From the NCBI GenBank assembly GCA_965367245.1, contig CBDUIC010000003.1:74622-138621 (forward strand): a stretch of 64,000 nt of DNA, written 5' to 3'. A program made the position numbers and the translations under genes. Position 1 is the first letter of the stretch; each line of letters starts with the position of its first letter. Of the stretch, positions 9,281-19,462 are shown piece after piece. A model generated the notes under the pieces. That model did not search any database and was not told the origin of the DNA. It saw only the letters and a program-made list of their open reading frames with translations. Source of the stretch: an uncultured bacterium. GTDB lineage: Bacteria; Myxococcota_A; UBA796; GCA-2862545.

Positions 9281-10888
9281 ATGCAGCCACTTCAGCTCAT
9301 GCCAGGTACCGGCCCACGCCCGCCACGACTCGGCGGGCGCTACGTGGCTGTTCGCCTTCTTGGCAAGGGCGCCCAAGCCCGCGTCTACCTGGCCTTCGAC
9401 CAGCGTGAACGCCGCTGGGTCGCGGCCAAGGTCCTCGATCGCAAGTACCTGAAAGACCGTGAGGTCCGACAGCGTTTCTTGAACGAGGCGCAAACGATGC
9501 AGCGCCTCAAGCATCCGTTCATCCTTCGGGTGCTCGACGTGGGCGACGACGGCCCGATCCCCTGGATCATCCTCGAGCTGGCCCGCGGTGGCGCCGTCAC
9601 TCAGTGGGTGCGGCGCAATGGTCCGATGCCCCCCGCCCTGGCTGCGGAGGTCACCCTGCAGGCCGCCCGCGGCCTGCACCACGCGCACCAGGCCGGCGTG
9701 ATCCACCGCGACGTGAAGCCGCACAACCTGCTCATCGCCGAGGCCGAGCGGGTCGTCGTCACCGACTTCGGGGTCGCACAGGCCGCCGACGCCTCCATGA
9801 CGGCTACGGGCACGGTGATGGGCACCTTCGCCTACATGGCGCCCGAGCAGCGCCACGATGCCAAGGCCGTCGACGTGCGCGCCGATGTCTACAGCCTCTC
9901 CGTCACGCTCTACTCGCTGATCACCGGCAAGCCCAGCGCCGAGCTGTTCTACGCCGAGGCCGACGACGACATCATGCGGAGCATCCCCGAGGTCCTCCGG
10001 CCGGTGCTGATCAAGGGAGCGGCCTACCGCCGTGAAGACCGCCACCGCGACATGGAGGCCTTCGCCCGTGAGCTCCACGGCGCCCGTCAGCACCTCGGCG
10101 CCGAGCTGCCGCGCCTCGACGACGACTGGCTGGCCCTCGCCGCTGGCCCTCCGGAGCGGTTGGCCGACGGTGCCCTCGAAGACCTCCGCGACGAGATGGG
10201 GCTCGACGACGAGCAGCCCACCTACGTCCCTTCGTCGGGGGTCGCCCTCGACCAGCTCTACGAGGGCCAGCAGACGGTGCTGCAGCACAGCTCCTCTGCG
10301 GGAGAGGGCTACGAGGATGCAGCCACCGTGCACATCCGGCCGGGCGACTCGCAGTCGGGCTTCGTCGACTACGCCTCGGAGGAGGCCTCGACGATGCGCC
10401 CCGCGCCGAGCATGCCGCACGGCGCCAACATCTCGCAGCCGGTGGCCACCATCGACGATGCGCCGTCGATGCTGGGCTCGGTGCTCACGGCTTCGGCCAT
10501 CGGCATCGCCCTCGCGGCGACCATATGGCTGGGTGCGGTGGGCACCAACCTGGCGGCCGGCTGGTCGCTGGAGCGGGCCGAGAGCGACCTCGCGGCCACG
10601 ATCGCCACCGCCGAGACGGCGCTGGTCCCCCTACGGGAAGCGGGGATCGATCCCGCTCCCCTCCTCGCCGACTTCGAGCGCTACCAGCAGTCGGGCGACA
10701 CCCGCGACGCCCTGGCCTTTGCAGAGGCCCTGAGCACCGTCGCCACCGACGGCGCCATCGACGATCTGTCGCGCAGCCGCGTAGAGCCGCTGCTGCAGGC
10801 AGCCGACCGCTACCGGCAGGCCGAGACCAGCCTCGCGGCCCAGCGTCGGTCGGTCATGGGTCGCCTGTCGCTGGGCGTGGGGCTCTAG
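9281..10888 (+). CDS. serine/threonine protein kinase (Hanks-type) with a C-terminal TM segment
   Basis: Kinase subdomains are present: GKGAQARVYLAF...AAKVL, HRDVKPHNLL, DFGVA, and GTFAYMAPEQ. A predicted TM helix (LTASAIGIALAATIWLGAV) lies near the C-terminus. The start may be 9215 (first Met) or 9281 (MQPLQLMPG). Confidence 0.85.
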   Translation: MQPLQLMPGTGPRPPRLGGRYVAVRLLGKGAQARVYLAFDQRERRWVAAKVLDRKYLKDREVRQRFLNEAQTMQRLKHPFILRVLDVGDDGPIPWIILELARGGAVTQWVRRNGPMPPALAAEVTLQAARGLHHAHQAGVIHRDVKPHNLLIAEAERVVVTDFGVAQAADASMTATGTVMGTFAYMAPEQRHDAKAVDVRADVYSLSVTLYSLITGKPSAELFYAEADDDIMRSIPEVLRPVLIKGAAYRREDRHRDMEAFARELHGARQHLGAELPRLDDDWLALAAGPPERLADGALEDLRDEMGLDDEQPTYVPSSGVALDQLYEGQQTVLQHSSSAGEGYEDAATVHIRPGDSQSGFVDYASEEASTMRPAPSMPHGANISQPVATIDDAPSMLGSVLTASAIGIALAATIWLGAVGTNLAAGWSLERAESDLAATIATAETALVPLREAGIDPAPLLADFERYQQSGDTRDALAFAEALSTVATDGAIDDLSRSRVEPLLQAADRYRQAETSLAAQRRSVMGRLSLGVGL

Positions 10889-10890
10889 AG

Positions 10891-12759
10891 CTAGCCGTCG
10901 AGGCGCGGGCCCCGCACCCGCTCGTCGCCCTCGCGGCGCGTCCAACCCCGTGCGTCGAGCCACTCCAGCCAGGGAATCGCCGCCCGCCGGGTGAGCGACG
11001 TGAGGTCTTTGAACGCCCCTGTGCTGAGCGCCGCACTCGACGCGAAGTGGCCCGCCACCAACGACCGCAGGCGCGTGATGGTGTCGGGGACGACCCAGCC
11101 CACCTTGTCGACGCTGACGATGCGCCCCGCCGCCTCCAGCACCCGCAGCAACGCCGCCACCTCCGGCTCGGGATGGGCCGTATGCAGCTCCTTGGGTCGC
11201 AGCCCCTCGAGGCCCGCTCGTTCGATGCTGGCGACGACCGCGTCGGCGAGGGCCTGCTGCCCCGGCTCCAGGGCCACCGCGAAGCCCGACGCTCGCACCA
11301 GCGCCCCGTCGACCTCCACGGCTCCCTGGGACGCGAGCCGCGCCAGCACCGCATCGAACACCCGCTCCGGCAGGTGCGCCAGCCGCCCGCGGTGCAGCTC
11401 GCGCCGGTGGGCCCCCAGCGCCAGGGGCTGCGCCGCATGGAACGCCGCCAGGGCCTCCAGCAGCGCCCCACACAGCCGCGCCACCACCGTCGGCGCGAAG
11501 CAGCGCCCGCCGAGCTGCGCCGCATCCACCCCTGGTGCGCGCGCCGCCCAGTCCGCCGGAGCGAGCCCCGCCTCCCCCGCGCGAACGAGCCACACCCCGA
11601 CATCGCCTGACGCCAGCTTGGCCAGCTCCTTTCCCGCTTCTTCCCGTCGCTTGCGGTGCAGCTTCGGCGCCCACGGATCGAGCACCTCCCCTCCCCCCAG
11701 CGTCTCGACCGGGCTCGTGCGCCGCAGGATGAAGCGGTCCCCCGGCAGGCAGGGAAGCGGTGCATCGACCCGCAGCTGGGCGTAGGCCCTGCCTCCGCCC
11801 GGCAGCTCCGACCGCACGTCGGCCAGCACGATGCGCCCGATCCGCTCCGCGGTGCCGAGCAGCACCCTCACTCCGTCACCATCGTGCAGCACCGGCGCGC
11901 CCGCCAGGTGGCGGTAGGCCACGTCGAGCATGTGCGGACAGGGCACGCCCTCGGTCGCCACCACCGTGCCCCGTGGGACCTCACTCGTGTCGACGCCGGC
12001 GAGGTTGAGCGCCGTGCGGCGACCCGGCTCCGCGACCTCGACCGCCTCGCCGTGCACCTCGATGCCTCGCACCCGCGCCGTGCGATCCGACGGCAACAGC
12101 TGCACCGTCGCGCCGTCGGACAGGGTGCCCGACCACGACGTGCCGGTCGCTACCGTGCCGAAGCCTGGCCGGCTGAAGGTGCGGTCCACCGGGAGTCGAA
12201 ACGGACCATCTCGCCGTCGCGGTCGCGGCGACAGGGCCTGCAGGTAGGTGCGGAGGGCGTCGAGCCCCTGCCCCTCGGTCGCCGACGTCGCCAGCACGGG
12301 GGCCCCCTCGAGGAAGGTGCCCGCCACCGCGTCGCGAGCGTCTTCCACCGCCAGCTCCAGCATCTCCTCATCGACCAGATCGGCCATCGTCACCACGACC
12401 GCGCCCGCCGGCACGCCCAGCAGCTCGAGGATCGCCAGGTGCTCCCGCGTCTGGGGCATCGCGCCGTCGACCGCGCTGACACACAGCAGCACGGCGTCGA
12501 TCCCGGTCGCCCCTGCAATCATGGTGCGTACCAGGCGCTCGTGACCCGGCACGTCGACGAAGCCCACTGTGCGGCCATCGGGCAGCGTGAGCGGCGCAAA
12601 GCCCAGGGCGATCGTTATGCCTCGCTCCTGCTCTTCGGGCAGGGTGTCGAGGTGGGTGCCCGTGAGCGCCCGCACCAGGGTGGTCTTGCCGTGGTCGATG
12701 TGACCTGCGGTACCGATGACCAGGCCGTAGTCCATGCGTCCTCCGCGGGTCGCCCGCAC
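10891..12759 (-). CDS. selB: selenocysteine-specific translation elongation factor SelB
   Basis: N-terminus [25 protein letters not shown], then [15 protein letters not shown], a ~620-aa length and C-terminal winged-helix repeats typical of SelB. The start is probably the internal Met at 12735. Confidence 0.9.
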   Translation of the reverse strand: MRATRGGRMDYGLVIGTAGHIDHGKTTLVRALTGTHLDTLPEEQERGITIALGFAPLTLPDGRTVGFVDVPGHERLVRTMIAGATGIDAVLLCVSAVDGAMPQTREHLAILELLGVPAGAVVVTMADLVDEEMLELAVEDARDAVAGTFLEGAPVLATSATEGQGLDALRTYLQALSPRPRRRDGPFRLPVDRTFSRPGFGTVATGTSWSGTLSDGATVQLLPSDRTARVRGIEVHGEAVEVAEPGRRTALNLAGVDTSEVPRGTVVATEGVPCPHMLDVAYRHLAGAPVLHDGDGVRVLLGTAERIGRIVLADVRSELPGGGRAYAQLRVDAPLPCLPGDRFILRRTSPVETLGGGEVLDPWAPKLHRKRREEAGKELAKLASGDVGVWLVRAGEAGLAPADWAARAPGVDAAQLGGRCFAPTVVARLCGALLEALAAFHAAQPLALGAHRRELHRGRLAHLPERVFDAVLARLASQGAVEVDGALVRASGFAVALEPGQQALADAVVASIERAGLEGLRPKELHTAHPEPEVAALLRVLEAAGRIVSVDKVGWVVPDTITRLRSLVAGHFASSAALSTGAFKDLTSLTRRAAIPWLEWLDARGWTRREGDERVRGPRLDG

Positions 12760-12808
12760 GCCGCTGGCAGGGTAACCAGGGGCCTGGACTCGTTCGCGAT
12801 CGGAGTCG

Positions 12809-13663
12809 ATGATGCCGCTTCAACGCCTGACCTCTCTCATGGCCGTGCTCGCGGTGGGCTGTGCGCCGGGCTCGGTGAGTATCGACACCACCGCGCCACC
12901 CGCCATCGTCGACACCACCATCCCCGACGTGCCGCCCCCCGCCACGGGCTGGACCGACGCGCCCTACGCCACCTGGTCCGAGCCCGACCCCACCGACGAC
13001 TTCACCGAGTACGACGGCGCATGGGCGAGGATCGTCGAGCCCATGCCGGGGGATGTCGTGCCGTGGGGCGAGGTCCAACACTACGAAGTCATCGTGCGCA
13101 ATCCCGCAGGCGACGAGCTCGCGCCCCAGGCCGTGTTCTGGCAGTCGAGCGTCGATCCCGACTTCTACGGCGATGCCGCGAGCTTCGACAGCGACACGCT
13201 GGAGCTCGGCACCCACGACCTCACCGTCCTGGTCGACCTGCCCAACGGCGTGCGGGTCGCCCACAGCGTGAGCGAGGTGCGGGTGCAGAGCCCCTACACC
13301 GGGGTCTACGCAGGGCTGTTCTCCGTCGACGGCACCGTGCAGAACATCACCATCACCTGCACCGGTGCGGCCCTCGTCGACTTCGGTGAGCAGGGCGTGA
13401 TCGGAACTGGCGACGCCGACTGCCTCGTGTCGCTGCTCGGGATCGATGTGCCGATGAACTGGCTGTTCGAGCTGGAGAACATCGACGGCGAGATCACCGG
13501 AACCGGGGGGGTCGACCTGCTCGGCTTCTTCACCTACGACATCCCCGTCACCGGCGGCAGCCTCGAGCCCGACGGAAGCGGGCTGCAGGTCGACTTCGCC
13601 GGGCCCATCCCCTTCGTCGGAGAGCTCTCCGCCTTCCTCGACGCGTCGAGGGTGTCGCTGTAG
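12809..13663 (+). CDS. hypothetical lipoprotein
   Basis: N-terminus MMPLQRLTSLMAVLAVGCAPGS (lipobox LAVGC). The 284 aa have plausible composition. Confidence 0.6.
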   Translation: MMPLQRLTSLMAVLAVGCAPGSVSIDTTAPPAIVDTTIPDVPPPATGWTDAPYATWSEPDPTDDFTEYDGAWARIVEPMPGDVVPWGEVQHYEVIVRNPAGDELAPQAVFWQSSVDPDFYGDAASFDSDTLELGTHDLTVLVDLPNGVRVAHSVSEVRVQSPYTGVYAGLFSVDGTVQNITITCTGAALVDFGEQGVIGTGDADCLVSLLGIDVPMNWLFELENIDGEITGTGGVDLLGFFTYDIPVTGGSLEPDGSGLQVDFAGPIPFVGELSAFLDASRVSL

Positions 13664-13672
13664 CCAAGGCGG

Positions 13673-14665
13673 TCAGTCGCGCTCGGCGCGCCGCTCCCGG
13701 CCCATCAGGTCGCGCACCGCGTCGTGCACTGGCTTGTCTTCGTAGAGCATCGCGTAGATCTGCTCGGTGATCGGCATCTCGATGCCCAGCTTGTGGCCCA
13801 GCTGGTGGGCCGACTTCGCCGTCGTGACCCCCTCAGCGACCTCGCCCAGCTCTTCGAGGATGTCGGCGAGGGTGCGCCCCTCACCCAGCGCCAGCCCGAC
13901 CCGCCGGTTTCGCGACAGGTTGCCGGTGCAGGTGAGCACCAGGTCGCCCATCCCTGCGAGGCCCGACATGGTGAGCGGGTGCGCCCCCATCGCCACTGCC
14001 GCCCGGGTGATCTCCGCGAGCCCACGGGTGATCAGCCCAGCGCGCGCGTTGCTGCCGAGGCCGACGCCATCACTGACCCCACACGCAATGGCCATGACGT
14101 TCTTCAGCGACCCCCCGACACAGACGCCTACGACGTCTTCGGTGTGGTAGGCCCGGAACATGTCGCCGTGGAAGGCCTCGGCCGCCTCGTGGGCGGCAGG
14201 GTCGGCCCCGGCCACCACGACCGCCGTCGGTAGCCCGCGGGTGACCTCCAGCGCGAACGACGGCCCGTACAGCATGCTCACCCGCTCGGCACCGCCGAGG
14301 GTCTCCACACACACGTCGAACATCGTGTCGAGCGTCTCGTTCTCGATGCCCTTGGTGGCGCAGCACACCAGCGTGTCGCTGCCCAGGTGCGGAGCCGCTC
14401 GCTCCAGCACCGACCGCAGCGCGTGGGAGGGCACCACCGGCACCAGCAGCTCGGCCCGCGACACCGCCTCGGCCAGGTCGGGGCTGGCACGTAGGCTCTC
14501 AGGCAGATCCTCGCCCTTGAGGTAGCGAGGGTTCTGGTGGTGCGTGTTGATGTGCTCGCACCGCTCGGGATTGCGATCCCACATCACTGTGTCGTGACCG
14601 ATCCGCGCCAGCTGGGTCGCCAGCGCCGTTCCCCACGAACCACCCCCGAGCACCGTCGCACGCAT
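13673..14665 (-). CDS. gpsA: NAD(P)H-dependent glycerol-3-phosphate dehydrogenase
   Basis: MRATVLGGGSWGTALA (Rossmann motif), then NVMAIACGVSDGVGLGSNARAGLITRGLAEI and TTAKSAHQLGHKLGIEMPI. These match the GpsA family. Confidence 0.95.
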   Translation of the reverse strand: MRATVLGGGSWGTALATQLARIGHDTVMWDRNPERCEHINTHHQNPRYLKGEDLPESLRASPDLAEAVSRAELLVPVVPSHALRSVLERAAPHLGSDTLVCCATKGIENETLDTMFDVCVETLGGAERVSMLYGPSFALEVTRGLPTAVVVAGADPAAHEAAEAFHGDMFRAYHTEDVVGVCVGGSLKNVMAIACGVSDGVGLGSNARAGLITRGLAEITRAAVAMGAHPLTMSGLAGMGDLVLTCTGNLSRNRRVGLALGEGRTLADILEELGEVAEGVTTAKSAHQLGHKLGIEMPITEQIYAMLYEDKPVHDAVRDLMGRERRAERD

Positions 14666-14686
14666 CCCGACCTCCGTGGCGGGATG

Positions 14687-15181
14687 CTACCCCAGGCGCG
14701 CGCGGATCTTCGCCACCGCCCGCATCACCGAGGCGTCGGAGGCATCCAGCGACACCTCCTCGAGGGGGACCCAGCGTGCCGCCTTCGCATCCGAGCCCGC
14801 CTCGAACGACCAGTCGGGCGCACGGAACAAGGCGCGCACGTCGAAGTGGGCGTGCCCCGGATCGCCCTTCAAGGGGGGAATGTCGTGCACATCGACATCG
14901 AACAGCCCCGCCACCAGCGGCTCGAGCTCGCTCAGGCCGACCTCCTCGGCGACCTCACGACGGCAGGCGGCCAGCACATCGACATCGCCAGGCTCCACAT
15001 GGCCACCCGGCTGGAGCCATCGATGCAGCTTGCTGTGCTCGATCAGCAGCACCTGGGCGCCGTCGGGCGACACCACAAAGGCGGAGGCCGTGACGTGCCC
15101 AGGCACGAAGTGGTCGCGCGACAGCGCATCCCCCTCCCCCGCGAGCAAGGCATCGAAGCGGTCGAGATAGGCGGCCTCCAC
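14687..15181 (-). CDS. NUDIX hydrolase
   Basis: Nudix box GHVEPGDVDVLAACRREVAEEVGL. The track ORF extends upstream with an Arg/Pro-rich non-protein-like N-terminus that overlaps the neighbouring gene. A GTG at 15181 or TTG at 15199 is the more likely true start; this was not verified. Confidence 0.7.
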   Translation of the reverse strand: MEAAYLDRFDALLAGEGDALSRDHFVPGHVTASAFVVSPDGAQVLLIEHSKLHRWLQPGGHVEPGDVDVLAACRREVAEEVGLSELEPLVAGLFDVDVHDIPPLKGDPGHAHFDVRALFRAPDWSFEAGSDAKAARWVPLEEVSLDASDASVMRAVAKIRARLG

Positions 15182-15237
15182 CGCGTCGGCGGGGGCCAAC
15201 GCGTCGAGGAGGCGCCGGAGGTGGTCGACCCGGCGGC

Positions 15238-18183
15238 TCAATGCACCCGCCGACCGTCGTGGTACCAGGCCCCGGCCGGCATCCGCAGCTTGGCGCTCAC
15301 CCACCAGGCGCGCCAGGCACGCAGGTGGTGCTGCTGCACGCGCCACGGGCCATCGGCGTCGAAGGGCAGGTCGTGGCCGGTCGTGATCACCAGCTCGTCG
15401 TAGCTGGTGCGCCGCACCCACGGGTCGTGGTGCGCCATCTTGTCGATGAGCAGGCCGGCATCGAACACCCTTCCGTCGCGGTGCCGTACACCCTCGGGGT
15501 AGCGACCGGCCTCTTCTTCCCACCACTGGTGCCAGCGGCTGCGCACCCCGGGCTGCTCGATGTCGTCGACGCGACCCGACAGGATCTGCAGCGCCCCCGA
15601 GGCGACCTCCATGACCCGACGGCTACGCGAGTGCAGTGCCTCGAGGAGGGTGGGGACTCCGCGGGCGTCGCCCAGCAGGCCCAAGCCCTGCAGCGCCCCC
15701 AGAGCCTGCTCGCTCTCGCCCTTCGCAGCGCGCACGAGGAGGAGCAGGTGGTCGGGCCCGCCGTAGCGCCCGACGATCTCGCCCGGGTGCCCCGACAGGT
15801 CGGTGCGCTCCTGCATCAGGGCGCGCCCGTGGAAGTCGACGCCACGCCGGTCACCCAGCATCAACAGGGCCAGCGCAGCGACCTCGGCGAGCTTCACCTC
15901 GTCGAGACAGGGCACCAGACCATCGACCGCACGGCGGTCGCCGATGCGACCCAGGGCGATGACCGCAGCCCGGCGGCGAACGGGTGAGCCCCCGCTAGCG
16001 AGCTTCAGCAGCGCCCCCACCGCGCAGCGCTCCCGACGAAGGCCCAGCAGCTCGGCGGCCGCAGCCACCGCCTGGCTCGGCACCGAGCGGGGGTCTTCCA
16101 CACAGCGGAGCAGCCCGTCGACCAGCGCGGCGTTCGGCGACCGGGCGATGGCCCCCTGCAGGGCGCGAAGGGGCACCCCGTCGACCCGCTGCAGCAGCAG
16201 GTGGTCGAGGAGGACCCTGGCCGCCTCGTAGCTACGGTGGCCCGAGAGCAGGTCGACCGCCGCCACGTACTGCAGCACCGGCGGATCGGTGGCCCGACCA
16301 CGCCCCAGGATGGCCCGCGCCGAGCGCTCCATCTGCTGCGACAAGGCGCGCACCACCCCATCGTCGCAGGCCGCGATGGCCAGGCGATGGGCGCCCAGGC
16401 GACGCTCCGGGCGATCGGCATCGCACCGCTCCAAGGGAGGCCGGGCCCGCTGCGCGTCGTGTCGCGCTCGGGCCTGTGCCGTCGAGCGCTCCAGGTGCCA
16501 GGCCAGGCTCGCTCCAGGGTCGCCGGTCAGCGAGTCGAGGGCGGCGACCCCGGCCGACAGGTCGGCCGCGACGAAGCGCTCCCTCGCCATCTGGACCAGC
16601 CGCAGGTCGAGGCCATCGTCGCACGCCCGAAGCCGCGCCAGCCGCAGCAGGCCCCAGGCCTCTCGGACCGGCAGCTCGGCCGCGCCGAAGCCCCGCACCG
16701 CGGTCGCACAGGCCTCCTCCGCTCCCGCCACATCACGACGCTGCAGCAGCACGTCGGCCCGGCGCAGGTGGAGGCGATCGCGCGCCTCGGGGGCCCGGTC
16801 ACCCACCCGCTTCAGCCCCTCGTCGTAGGCAGCGGCGGCGGCGTCGAGGTTCCCCTTGAGGCGCTCTACGTCACCGGCCGCCAGGCACACCAGGCCCTCC
16901 AGCTCGACGCGCCCCAGCCGACGCGCCTTGCGCGGCAGCCCTTCGAGGTGGGCCTCGGCCTCGGTCACCCGCTGACCGCGCACCGCACGCTCGACCCTCA
17001 GCAGCCCCAGCCGGAGCTGCTCCTCGGCACCCAGCTCGCAGGCGGCCGCCTCGGCGAAGATGTCTTCTGCCCAGGGCTCCTGCCGCGTGGTCGCCACCTC
17101 GGCCAGCAGCACCAGCGCCTTGCCCCGTGCCTCCGGCGGGCCATCTCGTCGGGCGCGCCGCAGCAGCGCCTCCGCCTCATCGTGGTGGCCGAGGCCGACC
17201 TCGACCCGCACCAGCTCCAGCAGCGCATCCCAAGGCGTGTGCCGGTAGGTGGCCGAGCGGCAGGTCGCCAGCAGGGACTGCAGCGCGAGGCGCGCGTCGG
17301 TACGCCGCCCACGGGCCACCAGGCTCAGCGCCAGCTGCCGCGACACGGCGACCACCAGCTGGGCCCCCTCTTCGCCGTGGATGTCTCCCACCCGCTCGTC
17401 GAGGAAGCGCTGCAGCTCACGCTCCCAGGCCTCCGCGTCGTGCAGGGTGCGCCCCAGGCTCCGCACCACCTCGGGCGCGATGCACGGAGCGCCCGGGTAG
17501 GGGCCGGGCAGCGCGCAGCGCCGGAAGGCCTCCATCCACGCCTTGCGTGCTGCGCCGCGGTCGCGAACCGCCACCGCGTCGCCCAGGTACTGCCACGCCT
17601 CGACGTGGTCGGCGTCGAGCTGGGTGGCCCGCTGTAGGAAGGTCTCGGCGAGCTCTGGCTGCCCACGCTCCAGCGCACGACGCCCCGCGGCCGTCAGCTG
17701 AAAGGCATCGTCGGGGTCGGCCTCGTGCCGAAGCTCCAGCATGTCGTCGGGGGCGGCGACCCGCGTCTCGATGACCGCGATGCCTCCAGCCAGCCACCCC
17801 GCGAAGCCACGATGCAGCGGCTCGAGGGTATCGCCGTTCCACACGCCGAACACCGCCCCGCGGGTGTCACGGGTGAAGGCCCAGCGGCTGCCGTCGTTGC
17901 TGTCGGCGAACAGCACGACCTGCGGTGCATGACCGCTGGCAGCGCTCATCTCCGAGGAGCTGCGCAGCCTCAGGGCTCCCCGAAACAGCGACGCGCCGTT
18001 GTGCTCGAGCAAGAAGCGCCGAAGCCCCAGGGGCAGGCGCATCTGCAGGTGCGCCTCCAGGGCGGTGAGCGCCTCGGCCGTCGCCCCGGGGGCGAGACGA
18101 TGCACATCACGCCGGTACTTGGCGACGACGCGAGCAAGGGGCGCAGGAACAGCCGACGGCTGCGAGGGGATCGAAGCTTCCAT
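15238..18183 (-). CDS. large multidomain protein: N-terminal SMI1/KNR4 (SUKH-type) domain, central TPR repeats, C-terminal HEAT/PBS-lyase-like repeats
   Basis: 981 aa. The N-terminus LTALEAHLQMRLPLGLRRFLLEHNGASLF resembles SMI1/KNR4. Helical TPR-like repeats occupy the middle. C-terminal repeats RRRAAVIALGRIGDRRAVDGLVPCLDE are HEAT/PBS-lyase-like. Confidence 0.7.
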   Translation of the reverse strand: MEASIPSQPSAVPAPLARVVAKYRRDVHRLAPGATAEALTALEAHLQMRLPLGLRRFLLEHNGASLFRGALRLRSSSEMSAASGHAPQVVLFADSNDGSRWAFTRDTRGAVFGVWNGDTLEPLHRGFAGWLAGGIAVIETRVAAPDDMLELRHEADPDDAFQLTAAGRRALERGQPELAETFLQRATQLDADHVEAWQYLGDAVAVRDRGAARKAWMEAFRRCALPGPYPGAPCIAPEVVRSLGRTLHDAEAWERELQRFLDERVGDIHGEEGAQLVVAVSRQLALSLVARGRRTDARLALQSLLATCRSATYRHTPWDALLELVRVEVGLGHHDEAEALLRRARRDGPPEARGKALVLLAEVATTRQEPWAEDIFAEAAACELGAEEQLRLGLLRVERAVRGQRVTEAEAHLEGLPRKARRLGRVELEGLVCLAAGDVERLKGNLDAAAAAYDEGLKRVGDRAPEARDRLHLRRADVLLQRRDVAGAEEACATAVRGFGAAELPVREAWGLLRLARLRACDDGLDLRLVQMARERFVAADLSAGVAALDSLTGDPGASLAWHLERSTAQARARHDAQRARPPLERCDADRPERRLGAHRLAIAACDDGVVRALSQQMERSARAILGRGRATDPPVLQYVAAVDLLSGHRSYEAARVLLDHLLLQRVDGVPLRALQGAIARSPNAALVDGLLRCVEDPRSVPSQAVAAAAELLGLRRERCAVGALLKLASGGSPVRRRAAVIALGRIGDRRAVDGLVPCLDEVKLAEVAALALLMLGDRRGVDFHGRALMQERTDLSGHPGEIVGRYGGPDHLLLLVRAAKGESEQALGALQGLGLLGDARGVPTLLEALHSRSRRVMEVASGALQILSGRVDDIEQPGVRSRWHQWWEEEAGRYPEGVRHRDGRVFDAGLLIDKMAHHDPWVRRTSYDELVITTGHDLPFDADGPWRVQQHHLRAWRAWWVSAKLRMPAGAWYHDGRRVH

Positions 18184-18382
18184 GGCGGGCTCACAGGGGG
18201 GAGAGGAGGGGGGCGGGCGGGAGGGGGGGAAGGGGCCCCTACCATACCACGATCGCCGCCGGGCGGGGCCGACAAAGGCGCGGCCGGCTCCGACGCCGCC
18301 TCACTGGGCTCGCAGATGGTGCTATCTGGCAGACCGCAAGGATCACGTAGTGCCCATCGAGCTTTCTGACCGCCTGGCCACA

Positions 18383-19462
18383 ATGCACGCGGATCGACAA
18401 CAGGCTAATGCGCCGCATGATGTGGAGGTGCAGATGAACGCCGACGAACGCAGGGCAGGAGCGGCGCTGATTCGCCAATCCAAGCCGTTCTCGGAAGAGC
18501 AGGCCTCCACCACGTGGCGCCTGTGGGCGACCACCGTGGCCGTGTGGGCTGCCTCCCTCACCGTCGCCCTGTTCTCCCCGTGGTGGCCGGTGCAGCTGCT
18601 CGGCAGCCTCGTGTGCGGTCTGACCAACGTGCGCATGTTCATCTTCTTCCACGACTGGAAGCACGGTGCGGTGTTCCGCGACAGCCCCCTCGGCGCCGCG
18701 ATGATGAACGTCTACGGGTGGTACACCCTCGTGCCGCCGCCCGTCTGGAAGGAGACCCACGACTACCACCACCGCAACAACGCGCGGATGCTCGGGGCGT
18801 CGATCGGCTCCTACCCGGTCGTGACGACCTCGATGTGGCGGATGATGACGCCCACCCAGCGTCGCTGGTATCGGTTCGCCCGCAATCCCCTCACCATCCT
18901 GTTCGGCTACTTCACGCTGTTCATCGGCGGCATGTGCACCGCGGCCTTCGTTCGCGCGCCGCGTGAGAACTGGCAGGGCCCCGCCGCCCTCGCCGTGCAC
19001 TTCGCGTTCATGGGCCTGGTGGGCTGGCTCCTCGGGCCCTTCGCCGCCTTCGCAGGCGTGCTCCTCCCGGCGTTCATCTCGTGCGCGCTGGGCGCCTACC
19101 TGTTCTACGCCCAGCACAACTTCCCCGGCATCGAGCTTCGCGACCGCCGCTCGTGGACCTACCACCACGCGGCGCTCCGCTGCTCCAGCATGTTCGACAT
19201 GCCGGCTGTGATGCACTGGTTCACCGGCAACATCGGCTACCACCACGTGCACCACCTCAACCACAAGATCCCGTTCTACCGTCTCCCCGAGACCATGGCG
19301 GCGATGCCCGAGCTGCAGAACCCCCACCGCACGTCGTGGCGCCCCTCCGACGTGGCGGCCTGCCTCCGTCTCAAGCTGTGGGACTCTGCTTCTGAGCGCC
19401 TCATCGGGTGGAGCGAGCTCGAGCAGCTCCAGTCGGAGCAGAAGGCGGCAGCGGCCAAGTAG
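18383..19462 (+). CDS. fatty acid desaturase (membrane, di-iron, histidine-box)
   Basis: Three histidine boxes are present: HDWKH, HDYHHRNN, and HHVHHLNH. TM segments are hydrophobic. The track ORF starts at 17999 but its first ~128 codons are Arg/Gly-rich and overlap the divergent gene. The Met at 18383 is the most plausible start; the Met at 18434 is an alternative. Confidence 0.85.
   Translation: MHADRQQANAPHDVEVQMNADERRAGAALIRQSKPFSEEQASTTWRLWATTVAVWAASLTVALFSPWWPVQLLGSLVCGLTNVRMFIFFHDWKHGAVFRDSPLGAAMMNVYGWYTLVPPPVWKETHDYHHRNNARMLGASIGSYPVVTTSMWRMMTPTQRRWYRFARNPLTILFGYFTLFIGGMCTAAFVRAPRENWQGPAALAVHFAFMGLVGWLLGPFAAFAGVLLPAFISCALGAYLFYAQHNFPGIELRDRRSWTYHHAALRCSSMFDMPAVMHWFTGNIGYHHVHHLNHKIPFYRLPETMAAMPELQNPHRTSWRPSDVAACLRLKLWDSASERLIGWSELEQLQSEQKAAAAK

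Noticed and set aside
10631-11765. Overlapping minus-strand and plus-strand ORFs of 260-350 aa inside the selB locus
   Set aside because: They occupy alternative frames of selB. The translations are Gly/Arg/Ala homopolymer-like.
17999-18382. N-terminal 128 codons of the desaturase track ORF
   Set aside because: Arg/Gly/Cys-rich. It overlaps the divergent large gene's 5' end and the G-rich promoter tract. The desaturase family begins at the hydrophobic region after the Met at 18383.
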